Assembly: GCA_035938875.1 (NCBI GenBank)
Contig: DASZGL010000023.1
Coordinates: 19,075 to 83,074 of the forward strand
Source: Candidatus Dormiibacterota bacterium
Lineage (GTDB): Bacteria > Chloroflexota > Dormibacteria > Aeolococcales > Aeolococcaceae
Direction: 5' to 3'
DNA length: 64,000 nt
Shown here piece by piece: positions 1 to 9,741 of this stretch. Each line of letters begins with the position of its first letter. The first letter of the stretch is position 1. The notes beneath the pieces are model-generated. The model was not told the DNA's origin. It worked only from the letters and a program-made list of their open reading frames with translations, and did not search any database. The position numbers were made by a program, and so were the translations under genes.

Positions 1-1
1 C

Positions 2-298
2 CCTGGCGAACAGGTGCACATCGTCAACATCAGCAACGGTTCGCGCGCCGTCACCTACGCGATCGAAGCAGGTCCCGGTGAGATCACCCTCAACGGAGCC
101 ATGGCCCACATCGGCGATGCCGGCGACATGGTGATCCTCATCACTTATGCGCAGCTCGAAGACGACGAGGTGCACGCGTTTGTGCCCCGCGTCGTCCAGG
201 TCGACGGGCGCAATCGGCCCAGGTCGAAGAATGCCGGTGACGGTCGAGGGCGGCTGGCACTGACCGGGGGGCGCCACGCCGAGGCGGGCGTCCGCTGA
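2..298 (+). CDS. panD: aspartate 1-decarboxylase, C-terminal part (5' end lies outside the window)
   Basis: Frame-2 translation PGEQVHIVNISNGSRAVTYAIEAGPGEITLNGAMAH..MVILITYAQL matches the PanD core. ORF-track 14..298 is the in-window remainder. Confidence 0.85.
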   Translation, partial: PGEQVHIVNISNGSRAVTYAIEAGPGEITLNGAMAHIGDAGDMVILITYAQLEDDEVHAFVPRVVQVDGRNRPRSKNAGDGRGRLALTGGRHAEAGVR

Positions 299-306
299 GC
301 ACTGCG

Positions 307-1908
307 ATGACCACACGGCCGGCTTCGAACAACGCCTACGACGTCGTTGTCATCGGCAGCGGTATCGCCGGCCTGGTCGCCGCGCTCAGCGCAGCGCCAC
401 GCGCGCGTGTTGCCGTGGTCACCAAGGCCGAGCTGGACGAAGGCTGCAGCCGCTACGCGCAGGGAGGCATCGCCGCGGCGGTCGCGCCAGACGACTCCCC
501 CGATCTGCACTTCGCGGACACCGTCGCCGCCGGGCGCGGTCTCTGCGATGAGCGGGCGGTGCGCATCCTCGTCGACGAGGGGCCGTCGCGGGTGCGCGAG
601 CTCGTCGAATGGGGTGTCGCCTTCGACACGCAGGACGGCGCGCTGCTGGTGGGCCGCGAGGCGGCGCACAGCAGGTCGCGGATCATCCACGCGCGCGGCG
701 ACGCCACCGGGCTGGAGATCGAGACTGCGCTGATCGCCAGGCTGCGCCAGTCCGGTGTGCGGGTCCTCGAACGCCACCAGGCCAGCCGCCTGCTCACCGA
801 CGCCTCGGGACGGTGCGTCGGCGTCGAAGCGCGCGACGCGGACACCGGACAGCTGCGTCGCATCGCCGCCACGGCCACGATCCTCGCCAGCGGAGGCGCC
901 GGCAGGTTGTGGCGGCACAGCACCAACCCGCAACCGGCAACCGGCGACGGTGTGGCGCTGGCCTACACCGCCGGCGCCGAGGTAGCGGGCATGGAATTCG
1001 TCCAGTTCCACCCGACAGCGTTGGCGCTCGACGGAGCACCGCGCTTTCTCATCAGCGAAGCGGTCCGCGGCGAAGGCGCCCACGTGGTCAACGCCCGCGG
1101 CGAACGCTTCCTCTTCGACAGCGACCCGCGCGGCGAGCTCGCGCCTCGAGATGTCGTCGCCCAGGCTATCTGGTCGGAGCTGCAGCGCAGCGGCGATGGC
1201 AGCGTGTTCCTCGACTGCGCGCCGCTCGCCGACCGGGCTGCGGTGCGATTCCCCACCATCTACAAGACCTGTCTCGGCTTCGGCATCGACATGCGTCAGC
1301 AGCCGATTCCCATCGCTCCCGCTGCGCACTACCTCATCGGTGGGGTGCGCACCGACCTCAGTGCCGCCAGCAGCATCGACGGCCTGTACGCCTGTGGCGA
1401 GGTGGCCAGCAGCGGCGTCCACGGCGCCAATCGATTGGCCAGCAACAGCCTGCTGGAGTCGGTGGTCTTCGCCCATCGCGCGGTGGAGGCCGCGCTCCAC
1501 CGTGGCGCCGAGGCCGCGCCACCATCACTGGGCGATGCCGTGGCGCGTGTCGACGAGCATCGCGGAGCCGCGCGGGTCGACGGGCGCACGCTCGGCGAAC
1601 GCCTGCGCACCGCGATGTGGGAGGGAGCCGGCGTCGTCCGCGACGAGGCGGGGCTTCGCCGCAGCCTGGGCATCATCGAGGAGATCGCAGCGGCCTGCGA
1701 CCGCGATCCGTCGTCACTCGCAGGTGAGCTGCGCGCCTGTGCCACCACGGCCTCGCTTGTCTGCACCGCGGCCCTGGCCCGGGAGGAGAGCCGCGGAAGT
1801 CACCTGCGTTCCGATCATCCCGGCAGCAGCGATGCCTGGCTGGGAACATGGATCATGGAGAAGGAGAAGGGACCCCGCTTTGACAGCCACGCTCGATCCG
1901 ACAACTGA
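307..1908 (+). CDS. nadB: L-aspartate oxidase
   Basis: 533 aa. N-terminal FAD motif DVVVIGSGIAGL, plus RYAQGGIAA and HGANRLASNSLLE. Sits next to nadC. Confidence 0.93.
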   Translation: MTTRPASNNAYDVVVIGSGIAGLVAALSAAPRARVAVVTKAELDEGCSRYAQGGIAAAVAPDDSPDLHFADTVAAGRGLCDERAVRILVDEGPSRVRELVEWGVAFDTQDGALLVGREAAHSRSRIIHARGDATGLEIETALIARLRQSGVRVLERHQASRLLTDASGRCVGVEARDADTGQLRRIAATATILASGGAGRLWRHSTNPQPATGDGVALAYTAGAEVAGMEFVQFHPTALALDGAPRFLISEAVRGEGAHVVNARGERFLFDSDPRGELAPRDVVAQAIWSELQRSGDGSVFLDCAPLADRAAVRFPTIYKTCLGFGIDMRQQPIPIAPAAHYLIGGVRTDLSAASSIDGLYACGEVASSGVHGANRLASNSLLESVVFAHRAVEAALHRGAEAAPPSLGDAVARVDEHRGAARVDGRTLGERLRTAMWEGAGVVRDEAGLRRSLGIIEEIAAACDRDPSSLAGELRACATTASLVCTAALAREESRGSHLRSDHPGSSDAWLGTWIMEKEKGPRFDSHARSDN

Positions 1909-2746
1909 CGCGCTCGCACCCGAGGTCCTCGACCCGCTGATCGAGGCCGCCCTGGCTGAGGACGTCGGCGGCGGCGACCTCACCAGTGACGCAATCCTTC
2001 CGCCGGAGATGACCTGCCGCGGCAAGATCGTCTGCAAGCAGGACGGTGTCGTCGCCGGGCTGCCGATCAGCGAGCGGGTCTTCGGTCTCGTCGACAAGCG
2101 ACTGCAGTTCGACGCCAAGACCGAGGACGGTCAGAAGGTCCAGGAGGACCAGATCGTTGCCCGGCTGTTCGGCCCGGCACGATCGATGCTTCGCGCCGAG
2201 CGCGTGGCGCTCAACTTCCTGCAGCACCTCAGCGGCATAGCCACGCTCACCGCGAAGTACGTCAAGGCGGTGGAGGGCACCAAGACAGAGATTCTCGATA
2301 CGCGCAAGACGACGCCGGGACTGCGCGCGCTGGAGAAGTACGCGACCCGCACCGGCGGTGCTGTCAACCATCGCATGGGGCTGTACGACCAGGTGCTCAT
2401 CAAGGACACCCACCTGGCACTGGCTGCGGGAGTCAGCCCGGCGCTCCGCGCGGTGCGCAAGGCGCATCCCGAGGCACCGGTGAACGTCGAGGTCAGCAAC
2501 CTGCAGGAGCTGGAGCAGGCGCTCAACGACCGCGCGCCGCGCATCCTTCTCGACAACTTCGCCCCGGGGCAGGTGCGCGAAGCGATGCAGATCATTCGCG
2601 GCCGCGCCAAGGTGGAGATCAGCGGCGGCGTGCTGCTGACCAACGCCAGGGCGTACGCCCTCGCCGGCGCCGACTACATCAGCGTCGGGGCATTGACCCA
2701 CTCGGCGACGGCACTCGACTTCAGCCTCAAGGTGACGCGCTACTAG
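1880..2746 (+). CDS. nadC: nicotinate-nucleotide pyrophosphorylase (carboxylating)
   Basis: Tail of ORF 1151..2746. TTG at 1880 follows the SD-like GGAGAAGGAGAAGGG (1858-1872); an alternative ATG is at 1832. Motifs ERVALNFLQHLSGIAT, DTRKTTPGLR and ISVGALTHSA. Confidence 0.9.
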   Translation: MTATLDPTTDALAPEVLDPLIEAALAEDVGGGDLTSDAILPPEMTCRGKIVCKQDGVVAGLPISERVFGLVDKRLQFDAKTEDGQKVQEDQIVARLFGPARSMLRAERVALNFLQHLSGIATLTAKYVKAVEGTKTEILDTRKTTPGLRALEKYATRTGGAVNHRMGLYDQVLIKDTHLALAAGVSPALRAVRKAHPEAPVNVEVSNLQELEQALNDRAPRILLDNFAPGQVREAMQIIRGRAKVEISGGVLLTNARAYALAGADYISVGALTHSATALDFSLKVTRY

Positions 2747-2762
2747 CGGTGGCGGGTGACCG

Positions 2763-4478
2763 CTAGCTGACCCCGGCACGCCGCAGCTCGGCGGCGGTGT
2801 GCTCGCCGGGTCGCGGCGCTGGTGCCGGTGCGCGCCAGGGCGTGCCGAGCATGCGGATGCCCTGGTCCCACCCTCTGTCGGTGCCGAGGCCGGCCAGCGC
2901 CTCGCCCGCGGTCTGCGGCGACGAAGCGATCACGCCGGCGAGCGCGTCAGCGGCCCAGGCACGACCGCCTCGCGCCGCCTCGCAGCGCGGCGCGAGGTGA
3001 TGGAGCAGGGCGTCGCGCTGGGCGAGTTCGACGTGTGCCACTGCGCCGCTGCGCATGCGCTGCCACAGCCCGGCGAGCACCGCCGCCGCCGCCGCGGTCG
3101 CGGCGACGGGGTCGCCGAGGGGTACGCCGGCGGGGCGTACGGGTGCGTCCGCGTCGATCACCGCCTGGCCGCAGAGCATCTCCTGGTCGAAGCCGTAGGC
3201 GACGTGCTGCGGCCACGTGTCCGGCTCGCCACCCAGAGCGGGCAGGTGGAGGACGATGAGCGATGGGTTCAAGGTGCGCAGCGCGGGCGCATCCAGGCCC
3301 CAATTGGGCAGGACCCGCGGCGCGTGCGCCTCGACGAGGACGTCGGCGCTGCGCAAAAGCGCGTGCAGCGCGGCGCGCCCCGCGTCGCCGTCGAGGTCGA
3401 GGAGCACGCTCCGCTTGCCCGCGTTGAATGTCTCGAAGCGCGTCCCCTCGTCGTCGCGAAAGCCGTCCAGCCGTTGCGGCGACTCGACCTTGACCACGGT
3501 CGCCCCCCACCTGGCGAGCATCTCGGTCGCCGCCGGCCCGGCCCAGAGCCCGGCGAGCTCGACGACTCGGACGCCGTGCAACGGTGGCTCGTCACCGATT
3601 GCCGGGGGCGACCACCGCGACCCCGGTCGCAGCTCGCAGCGAAACGGGGAGACGACGCGCCCGTGGCGCACAGCTCCGCGCTCGCGCAGCAGCGGATCGT
3701 CGAGCACCTCCGCTGGTGTCAGGCCCATGCCGCAGGCGAGGCGCATCGCCTGGAGGATGTCGAACACCTGGCGACGGCTGTGCAGTGCGATCCAGTCGGT
3801 GACACTCGAGCAGTCCGCGCGACGCGCCAGAGCACTGACGGTCTCCCACTCGTCGTCGCGCGACATGCTCAGGCTGACCCAACCATCGCTCGCCCGGGCG
3901 AGGCGACCGTTGCGCTCGAGGAATCGAGCGCCCCGGGTGCGTGGACGCGGCGGGTGGCCGCGCAGGAAGCGCAGCGGGGCATCGTCGAGCATCGCCAGGG
4001 TCGTGCTCCGGGCATCGACGATCATCTGCGGGGCGACGGCTGAGCGCTCGCGGGCGACGACGCCGAGCAGCGCAGCGACCGCAGCCTGGGCTCCGCAGTG
4101 GAGGAGGGCCGGCCAGCCGCCGACCAGCAACGCCTCGCCCTCCGGTTCGCCGGTCAGCGCGGCGAGGCCGAATCCCTCCTGCAGCCGGCGCTCCGAGTCA
4201 TCGGTTGGGCCGCCTGCGCCGGCGACCTGCACGTCCACGGTGCACGCGTGGCGTACGCCGGCGGTGCCGTCGTCGAGCACGATGTCTGGGCCGGCGTCGT
4301 CGGCGTCAGTGACGTGCGCTCCGTCGGCGAGCAGCGCGGCGCTGGGATTCGTCGACGCGACCATGGCCCCGAGGGCGCCGAGGATCCGCGCCGCCTGGGC
4401 GGTCGCCGGCGAAGTCCCGGCGTCGCGCACACGCAGGCCGGCGAGCGGATGCGCCGCATCGCCGGCCTGCGCCCCCAG
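2763..4478 (-). CDS. family III (CaiB/BaiF-type) CoA-transferase with two tandem CoA-transferase-like units; start uncertain
   Basis: Lower part of the 917-aa ORF. The C-terminal unit has PLHGVRVVELAGLWAGPAATEMLARWGATVVKVESP and GKRSVLLDL. The N-terminal unit has PLAGLRVRD.., ASDGWVSLSMSRDDEW and AEVLDDPLLRERGAV. No ATG/GTG/TTG lies upstream of the first unit. Candidate starts are CTG 4478 or GTG 4430. Confidence 0.75.
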   Translation of the reverse strand: MGAQAGDAAHPLAGLRVRDAGTSPATAQAARILGALGAMVASTNPSAALLADGAHVTDADDAGPDIVLDDGTAGVRHACTVDVQVAGAGGPTDDSERRLQEGFGLAALTGEPEGEALLVGGWPALLHCGAQAAVAALLGVVARERSAVAPQMIVDARSTTLAMLDDAPLRFLRGHPPRPRTRGARFLERNGRLARASDGWVSLSMSRDDEWETVSALARRADCSSVTDWIALHSRRQVFDILQAMRLACGMGLTPAEVLDDPLLRERGAVRHGRVVSPFRCELRPGSRWSPPAIGDEPPLHGVRVVELAGLWAGPAATEMLARWGATVVKVESPQRLDGFRDDEGTRFETFNAGKRSVLLDLDGDAGRAALHALLRSADVLVEAHAPRVLPNWGLDAPALRTLNPSLIVLHLPALGGEPDTWPQHVAYGFDQEMLCGQAVIDADAPVRPAGVPLGDPVAATAAAAAVLAGLWQRMRSGAVAHVELAQRDALLHHLAPRCEAARGGRAWAADALAGVIASSPQTAGEALAGLGTDRGWDQGIRMLGTPWRAPAPAPRPGEHTAAELRRAGVS

Positions 4479-4479
4479 C

Positions 4480-4611
4480 TCAGGCGGTGGGCTGATCGGC
4501 GCTCGTCGACGGCGTGCGCACGGCGAGCTTGCTCGCCTGCTTGAGCTTGGCCGCCTTACTGGGCTTCTTGGCGTTCTTCTTGGGAGCGCCGCGTCGCTTC
4601 TCGCCTGCCAT
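4480..4611 (-). CDS. small Lys/Ala-rich basic protein (43 aa), function unknown
   Basis: ATG at 4611 follows a strong SD (AAGGAGG, 5-nt spacer). Product is MAGEKRRGAPKKNAKKPSKAAKLKQASKLAVRTPSTSADQPTA. GC3 is high. The stop lies 1 nt from the candidate CoA-transferase start. Confidence 0.55.
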   Translation of the reverse strand: MAGEKRRGAPKKNAKKPSKAAKLKQASKLAVRTPSTSADQPTA

Positions 4612-4667
4612 GCTGCCTCCTTGATGAGCGTGGCGCGCCATGCTGCGCGGGTCGCGCTCACCATAGA

Positions 4668-4725
4668 CCAGAGCATCGCCGCTGGGGAAGACGATGCGAC
4701 CGGCGGGATGCACCCTATGCTCTGG
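4668..4725. repeat. 9-bp perfect inverted repeat CCAGAGCAT / ATGCTCTGG with a 40-nt spacer, in a divergent intergenic region
   Basis: Arms at 4668-4676 and 4717-4725. The right arm overlaps a TATGCT -10-like hexamer 10 nt before the ATG at 4731. Confidence 0.6.
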
Positions 4726-4730
4726 CGGAC

Positions 4731-5183
4731 ATGGCGGACAGCGACGAGGCGCGGCTGGGCGACGGCGAGGCGCTGCGCGAGCTTCGCGCCCGCTACACGC
4801 ACACCTACGACTCCGGTCAGCTCGAGAACTTTGTCGATCTCTTCGTGGAAGAAGGTGTGCTCCAGCTTGGACCCATGGGCTTCGCCGAGGGACGCGAGCA
4901 GATGCGCGCCGCGCTGGCCGGTCCCATGGCAAACGCGGCGTTCGCGGTGCACTTCACCACCGACGAGATCACCGAGTTCACCGGGCCCGACAGCGCCCGT
5001 GGCACGTCGCGCTTCGCGGTGCACTACGGCCGTCAACCCGACATCGAAGGCGCCGGAACGTACCACGACGAGTACCTGCGCACCGCCGACGGCTGGCGCT
5101 TCGTCAGCCGCACCATCGACTTCTTCTACATGGGACCGCGTGGCCTCGCCTGGCCGATGACACCGCCCAAGCTGTCGCCCTAG
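4731..5183 (+). CDS. NTF2-fold / SnoaL-like protein
   Basis: 150 aa. LRELRARYTHTYDSGQLENFVDLFVEEGVL..YHDEYLRTADGWRFVSR is typical of SnoaL_4/NTF2-like proteins. It lies on the opposite strand inside the spurious upper part of ORF 2763..5516. Confidence 0.7.
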   Translation: MADSDEARLGDGEALRELRARYTHTYDSGQLENFVDLFVEEGVLQLGPMGFAEGREQMRAALAGPMANAAFAVHFTTDEITEFTGPDSARGTSRFAVHYGRQPDIEGAGTYHDEYLRTADGWRFVSRTIDFFYMGPRGLAWPMTPPKLSP

Positions 5184-5196
5184 CAGGCCGGCGGCG

Positions 5197-6372
5197 TCAC
5201 GCCTCGAAGAGCGCCGGCAGGCTGCGCAGGCCCCTGATGGTGGGATTGAGCAGCCGTACCGGAGGACGGTCGGGGTCGAGACGAAGCCTGCCCAGGCGAC
5301 TGACCATGCGCTCAACGGCGATGCGCGCCTCCTGCCGGGCCAGCGACGCGCCCAGGCAAAAGTGGACTCCGGACCCGAAGGCGACGTGGATGTTGGGCTG
5401 GCGCCTGATGTCGAACGTGTCGGCGTTTCGGAACTGCGCACCGTCGCGGTTTGCCGAGGCGAAGAGGCAGAGCATCTTGGTGCCCGCAGCGATCGTCGTG
5501 CCGGCGACGTCGACATCGCGAGTCGTCGTGCGGTACAGGCCCTGCACCGGCGAGTCGTAGCGCAGCGCCTCCTCGACGTAGGACGCGGCGATCTCCGGGT
5601 TTCGCTGCAGGAGCTCGAGCTGATCGGGGTTCTCGAAGAGCGCCAGGGTTCCGTTGCCGATGAGGTTGGTGGTCGTCTCGTGGCCGGCGACCAGCAGGAG
5701 GAAGCACAGGGTCACCAGCTGGCCGGGGTCGGGGACGGTCTCGGCGTTGAGCAGCATGGCGCTGATGAGATCCTCGCGGGGCGCGCTTTTGCGCTCGGCG
5801 ATGACCCGCCCGAAGTACTCGTAGAACTCCCCCATGCTCTCGCCCATGCGATCCGCCTGGCCGTAGGAGCCGCCCGAGCCCAGCGCGGCGATGGAATCGT
5901 CCGACCAGCGCTTGAAGTCCTCGCCGTGCTCGGGATCGACGCCGAGGAGCTCGGCGATGATGGTCACCGGCAGGGGATAGGCGAGATCGCTGATGACGTC
6001 GAAGCGCTGCCGGGCGATGACCGTGTCGAGCAGCGAGTCGGTCACCGCGCGGACCCGCGGCTCCAGCGTTGCGACCATCTTTGGCGTAAACGCCCGGTTG
6101 ACGAGCTGGCGCAGGTCGGTGTGTTTGGGCGGGTCTGAGGTGATCATGGTGGTGTCGGCCACCTGGGGCATGTCCTCGCGGGTGTTGCCACGGGTGGAGG
6201 TGAACGTGGCGGGGTCGCGGAGCAGGGAGACGACGTCGGCATACCGGCTGACGGCGACGAACTCCTCGACACGGCACACCGGGTCCTGATCGCGCAGCTG
6301 GGCGTAGAAGGGGTAGGGGTCGGCCATCACGGCCTCGGCAAACGGCGAGTACGCGGTCGTCTGACCCGGCAT
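5197..6372 (-). CDS. cytochrome P450
   Basis: Heme loop FGSGVHFCLGASLA, I-helix LLVAGHETT, EXXR as EEALRY. The ATG at 6372 (MPGQTTAY) follows the SD GGAGGAAG, giving 391 aa. Confidence 0.92.
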   Translation of the reverse strand: MPGQTTAYSPFAEAVMADPYPFYAQLRDQDPVCRVEEFVAVSRYADVVSLLRDPATFTSTRGNTREDMPQVADTTMITSDPPKHTDLRQLVNRAFTPKMVATLEPRVRAVTDSLLDTVIARQRFDVISDLAYPLPVTIIAELLGVDPEHGEDFKRWSDDSIAALGSGGSYGQADRMGESMGEFYEYFGRVIAERKSAPREDLISAMLLNAETVPDPGQLVTLCFLLLVAGHETTTNLIGNGTLALFENPDQLELLQRNPEIAASYVEEALRYDSPVQGLYRTTTRDVDVAGTTIAAGTKMLCLFASANRDGAQFRNADTFDIRRQPNIHVAFGSGVHFCLGASLARQEARIAVERMVSRLGRLRLDPDRPPVRLLNPTIRGLRSLPALFEA

Positions 6373-6502
6373 CACTTCCTCCAACCGACACCCCAGCCGG
6401 CGCGGGGCGCCTGGGCGCCCGGGCTGCGAGGTGTCGTGCCGTACGATAGCCGACGCTGCGCCGTGCCAAGGGCGGCGCCGGCTCAGGGTTGGAGGTGCGC
6501 AG

Positions 6503-7639
6503 ATGCACGACGGCCATCGCATCGTGGACAGCGACGGGCATCTTCTCGAGCCCGCCGACGTCTTCGACGGACGCGTCGATCCGCGCCATCTTGAGCGGGC
6601 GCCGCGCATCCTTCGCGACGCCGAGGGCCGCCAGGGGATGAGCTTCGACGGCACCCCGCCGTACACGGGCGGCGTCTTCGGCCTCGGCGACGCGGTGACC
6701 CCGCAGGGACTCCGGGCGCCGCAGGGGCGTCAGTGGGACGAGGCCCAACCCGGCGGCTTCGACCCCCATCAGCGCATCCGTGACATGGACATCGAGGGCA
6801 TCGACGCCGCGGTTCTCTTCCCCACGCTCGGCCTGTTCCTGCCGCTCGTCCCCAACGGCGAGGCTATGGCGGCGATCGCCCGCTGCCTCAACGACCACGC
6901 CGCCGACTATTGCCGCCCCTACCCCGACCGGCTTTTCCCCGTCGCGCTGCTGCCACTCAAGGATGTCGATGCCGCCGTCGCCGAGCTGCAGCGGGTCGCC
7001 GCGCTGGGCTTCGTCGGCGTCACCGTGCGCCCCAACCCCGACCCGCACACGCAACGCAAGCTCGACGATCCCGCCTACGAGCCCCTCTGGAGCGCTGCCG
7101 AGGAGGCGGGTCTGGTGGTCGCCGTGCACGAAGGAGTCAACCCGCTCATCTCATTCGCCGGCATCGACCGGTGTCAGACGATGTTCGACTGGCACTGCGT
7201 CTCTCACCCCTTCGAGCAGATGCTGGCGATGATGACCCTGGTTCGCGCCGGGGTGATGGAGCGACATCCGCAGCTGCGCTTCGGCTTCATGGAGTCGAAC
7301 TGCGGCTGGCTGCCCTACTGGCTGGAGCGTCTCGACTCCAACTGGCACAACCTCAGCTGGCAGGTTCCCGAGATCCGCCGTCCGCCGTCGGAGTACTTCA
7401 AGCGCCAGTGCGCGATCACCTGCGAAGCCGACGAGGAGGCAGTCGGCGCGGTCGTCAGCCTCGTCGGCGACGACCGGATCATGTGGGCGTCCGACTATCC
7501 CCACTACGACGCCGAGTTCCCCGGCGCCGTCGCCGAGATGTTTTCACGCCCCAGCCTCAGCGACGCGGTGCGCAGCAAGGTCATGGCCGGCAACGCCGAC
7601 ACCTTCTTCCGTCTGCCGGTCAGCGTGGCGGCGAAGTAA
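6503..7639 (+). CDS. amidohydrolase_2 family (metal-dependent hydrolase/decarboxylase-like) protein
   Basis: The ATG at 6503 follows GGAGGT. Motifs IVDSDGHLLEP and WASDYPHYD are typical of the ACMSD/LigW-type amidohydrolase_2 fold. Confidence 0.8.
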   Translation: MHDGHRIVDSDGHLLEPADVFDGRVDPRHLERAPRILRDAEGRQGMSFDGTPPYTGGVFGLGDAVTPQGLRAPQGRQWDEAQPGGFDPHQRIRDMDIEGIDAAVLFPTLGLFLPLVPNGEAMAAIARCLNDHAADYCRPYPDRLFPVALLPLKDVDAAVAELQRVAALGFVGVTVRPNPDPHTQRKLDDPAYEPLWSAAEEAGLVVAVHEGVNPLISFAGIDRCQTMFDWHCVSHPFEQMLAMMTLVRAGVMERHPQLRFGFMESNCGWLPYWLERLDSNWHNLSWQVPEIRRPPSEYFKRQCAITCEADEEAVGAVVSLVGDDRIMWASDYPHYDAEFPGAVAEMFSRPSLSDAVRSKVMAGNADTFFRLPVSVAAK

Positions 7640-7655
7640 GTCCGGGTGCGGGATT

Positions 7656-8447
7656 TCAGCGCGCGCGCGTCAGCGCACAATAGCCGCCGTCGACGACGAG
7701 GTTGTGCCCGGTGATGTACGAGGACCGCGGACCGAGGAGGAACATCACCGCGTCGGCCTGCTCGTCGGCGCTCGACCAGCGGCCCATCGGCGCCGGCATG
7801 TCGCGGTACATCTCCGGATCGTCGCGCTTGATGGCGTAGTGCATGGGCGTCGCCGCGAAATGCGGGCTGGTGCAGTTGACGCGCACGTGCCGTGACGCGT
7901 GCTCGGCGGCGAGGCGGACGCTGAGCTCGAGCACGGCGCGTTTGGCGACGACGTAGGCGAGGCCGGGATGGGGAACCTCGCGCGACGCGTGCGCCAGGGC
8001 GTCCTCGTCGCCGGCATCGATGATCCCCGCCTCGACGCCGCCGGCCAGGTCGTGCATGCCGGCGATCGAGGCGATGTTGACAACCGCCGATGCCGGTCGC
8101 ATGCGCGGCAACAGGTGGGTGCAGATGCGCCGCACCGCGAGGAAGTCGACCGCCACCACGGTCTCCGTCGTCTGCTGCAGCGGAGACACACCGGCGGCGT
8201 TGCAGACGAAGTCAACCGGGGCGTCATCGAGCGAGTTGAGGTAGCGCTGCAGCTCGGCGCCGTTGGCGAGGTCGAGCTGCACCGGGCTGAACCACGGTGT
8301 CGGTCCGTCATCCTGGTCCTGGATGTCGACGCTGATGACGTGCGCGCCACAGCGCAGCAACTGGCTGACCACGGCGCGGCCCATCCCCGATGCACCACCG
8401 GTGACCAGGGCGCGACGCCCGGCGAAGAACAGCGCGTCGTCGGACAA
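7656..8447 (-). CDS. SDR oxidoreductase resembling 3-alpha-hydroxysteroid dehydrogenase/carbonyl reductase-type SDRs
   Basis: VTGGASGMG, YVVAK (YxxxK), and PMGRWSSADEQADAVMFLLGPRSSYITGHNLVVDGG. The insertion before the catalytic Tyr and the overall layout resemble HsdA-like enzymes (comparison by eye). Confidence 0.8.
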   Translation of the reverse strand: MSDDALFFAGRRALVTGGASGMGRAVVSQLLRCGAHVISVDIQDQDDGPTPWFSPVQLDLANGAELQRYLNSLDDAPVDFVCNAAGVSPLQQTTETVVAVDFLAVRRICTHLLPRMRPASAVVNIASIAGMHDLAGGVEAGIIDAGDEDALAHASREVPHPGLAYVVAKRAVLELSVRLAAEHASRHVRVNCTSPHFAATPMHYAIKRDDPEMYRDMPAPMGRWSSADEQADAVMFLLGPRSSYITGHNLVVDGGYCALTRAR

Positions 8448-8456
8448 GGGTGCCAG

Positions 8457-9209
<753 letters not shown>

Positions 9210-9291
9210 CCGATGTCCCTCCAACCCAGCAGGGGACTGTAGCCATTCGGCGGCGTCGGCGGCCGCTGTGGGCCTGACGCAGCACCCTGCC

Positions 9292-9741
9292 TCAGCCGTC
9301 GATGGCGGCGATGATGGCGTCCTGCAGCCAGCCGAGGGTGACCAGCATGGCGTAGTCATCACCCTCGACCTCTGGTCCTGCCAGCGTCTCCTCCCAGCCA
9401 TCCTCCTCGAGGCCGAGGCGACCGCCGGCGACGAGGCGAAGGTGGTTGAGGGCGCGCAGCCAGGCCAGCGCGGCGTCCTCGTCGAGGCGGCAGCGGTCGC
9501 CGCCGGCGGTCAGCGCTTCGCGCAGGCCGTCGACGTCCGCGGTTCGAAGCCCCTCGACCTCGGGCCGGGTCAAGCGCCGGTACTCGTCCTCGAGGAGGGG
9601 GTCGTCATACGCCCGCGGCACCGTCCGCGGCTCCGTGCCGAGGCCGGCGCGCAGGTCGTCGACGATGTGGATGAGCACCTGGCGCTCACGGTCGTCGAGC
9701 TCGACCTCGATGCGGCCGCGGCGCCGCTCGATGGCGGCCAA
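9292..9741 (-). CDS. DUF2017-like protein (ClpS-associated)
   Basis: 149 aa and acidic. The TTG start directly abuts the clpS stop. Position and size match the DUF2017 genes that follow clpS in Actinobacteria (assigned from memory). Confidence 0.6.
   Translation of the reverse strand: MAAIERRRGRIEVELDDRERQVLIHIVDDLRAGLGTEPRTVPRAYDDPLLEDEYRRLTRPEVEGLRTADVDGLREALTAGGDRCRLDEDAALAWLRALNHLRLVAGGRLGLEEDGWEETLAGPEVEGDDYAMLVTLGWLQDAIIAAIDG

Noticed and set aside
2763-5516. 917-aa minus-strand ORF taken as one gene
   Set aside because: Only the lower ~570 codons carry CoA-transferase motifs. The upper part is Arg/Ser/Pro-rich low-complexity sequence. It is overlapped by a well-supported plus-strand SnoaL gene (4731-5183) and by the SD-preceded small ORF (4480-4611, in a different frame). 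This is a high-GC open-frame artefact.
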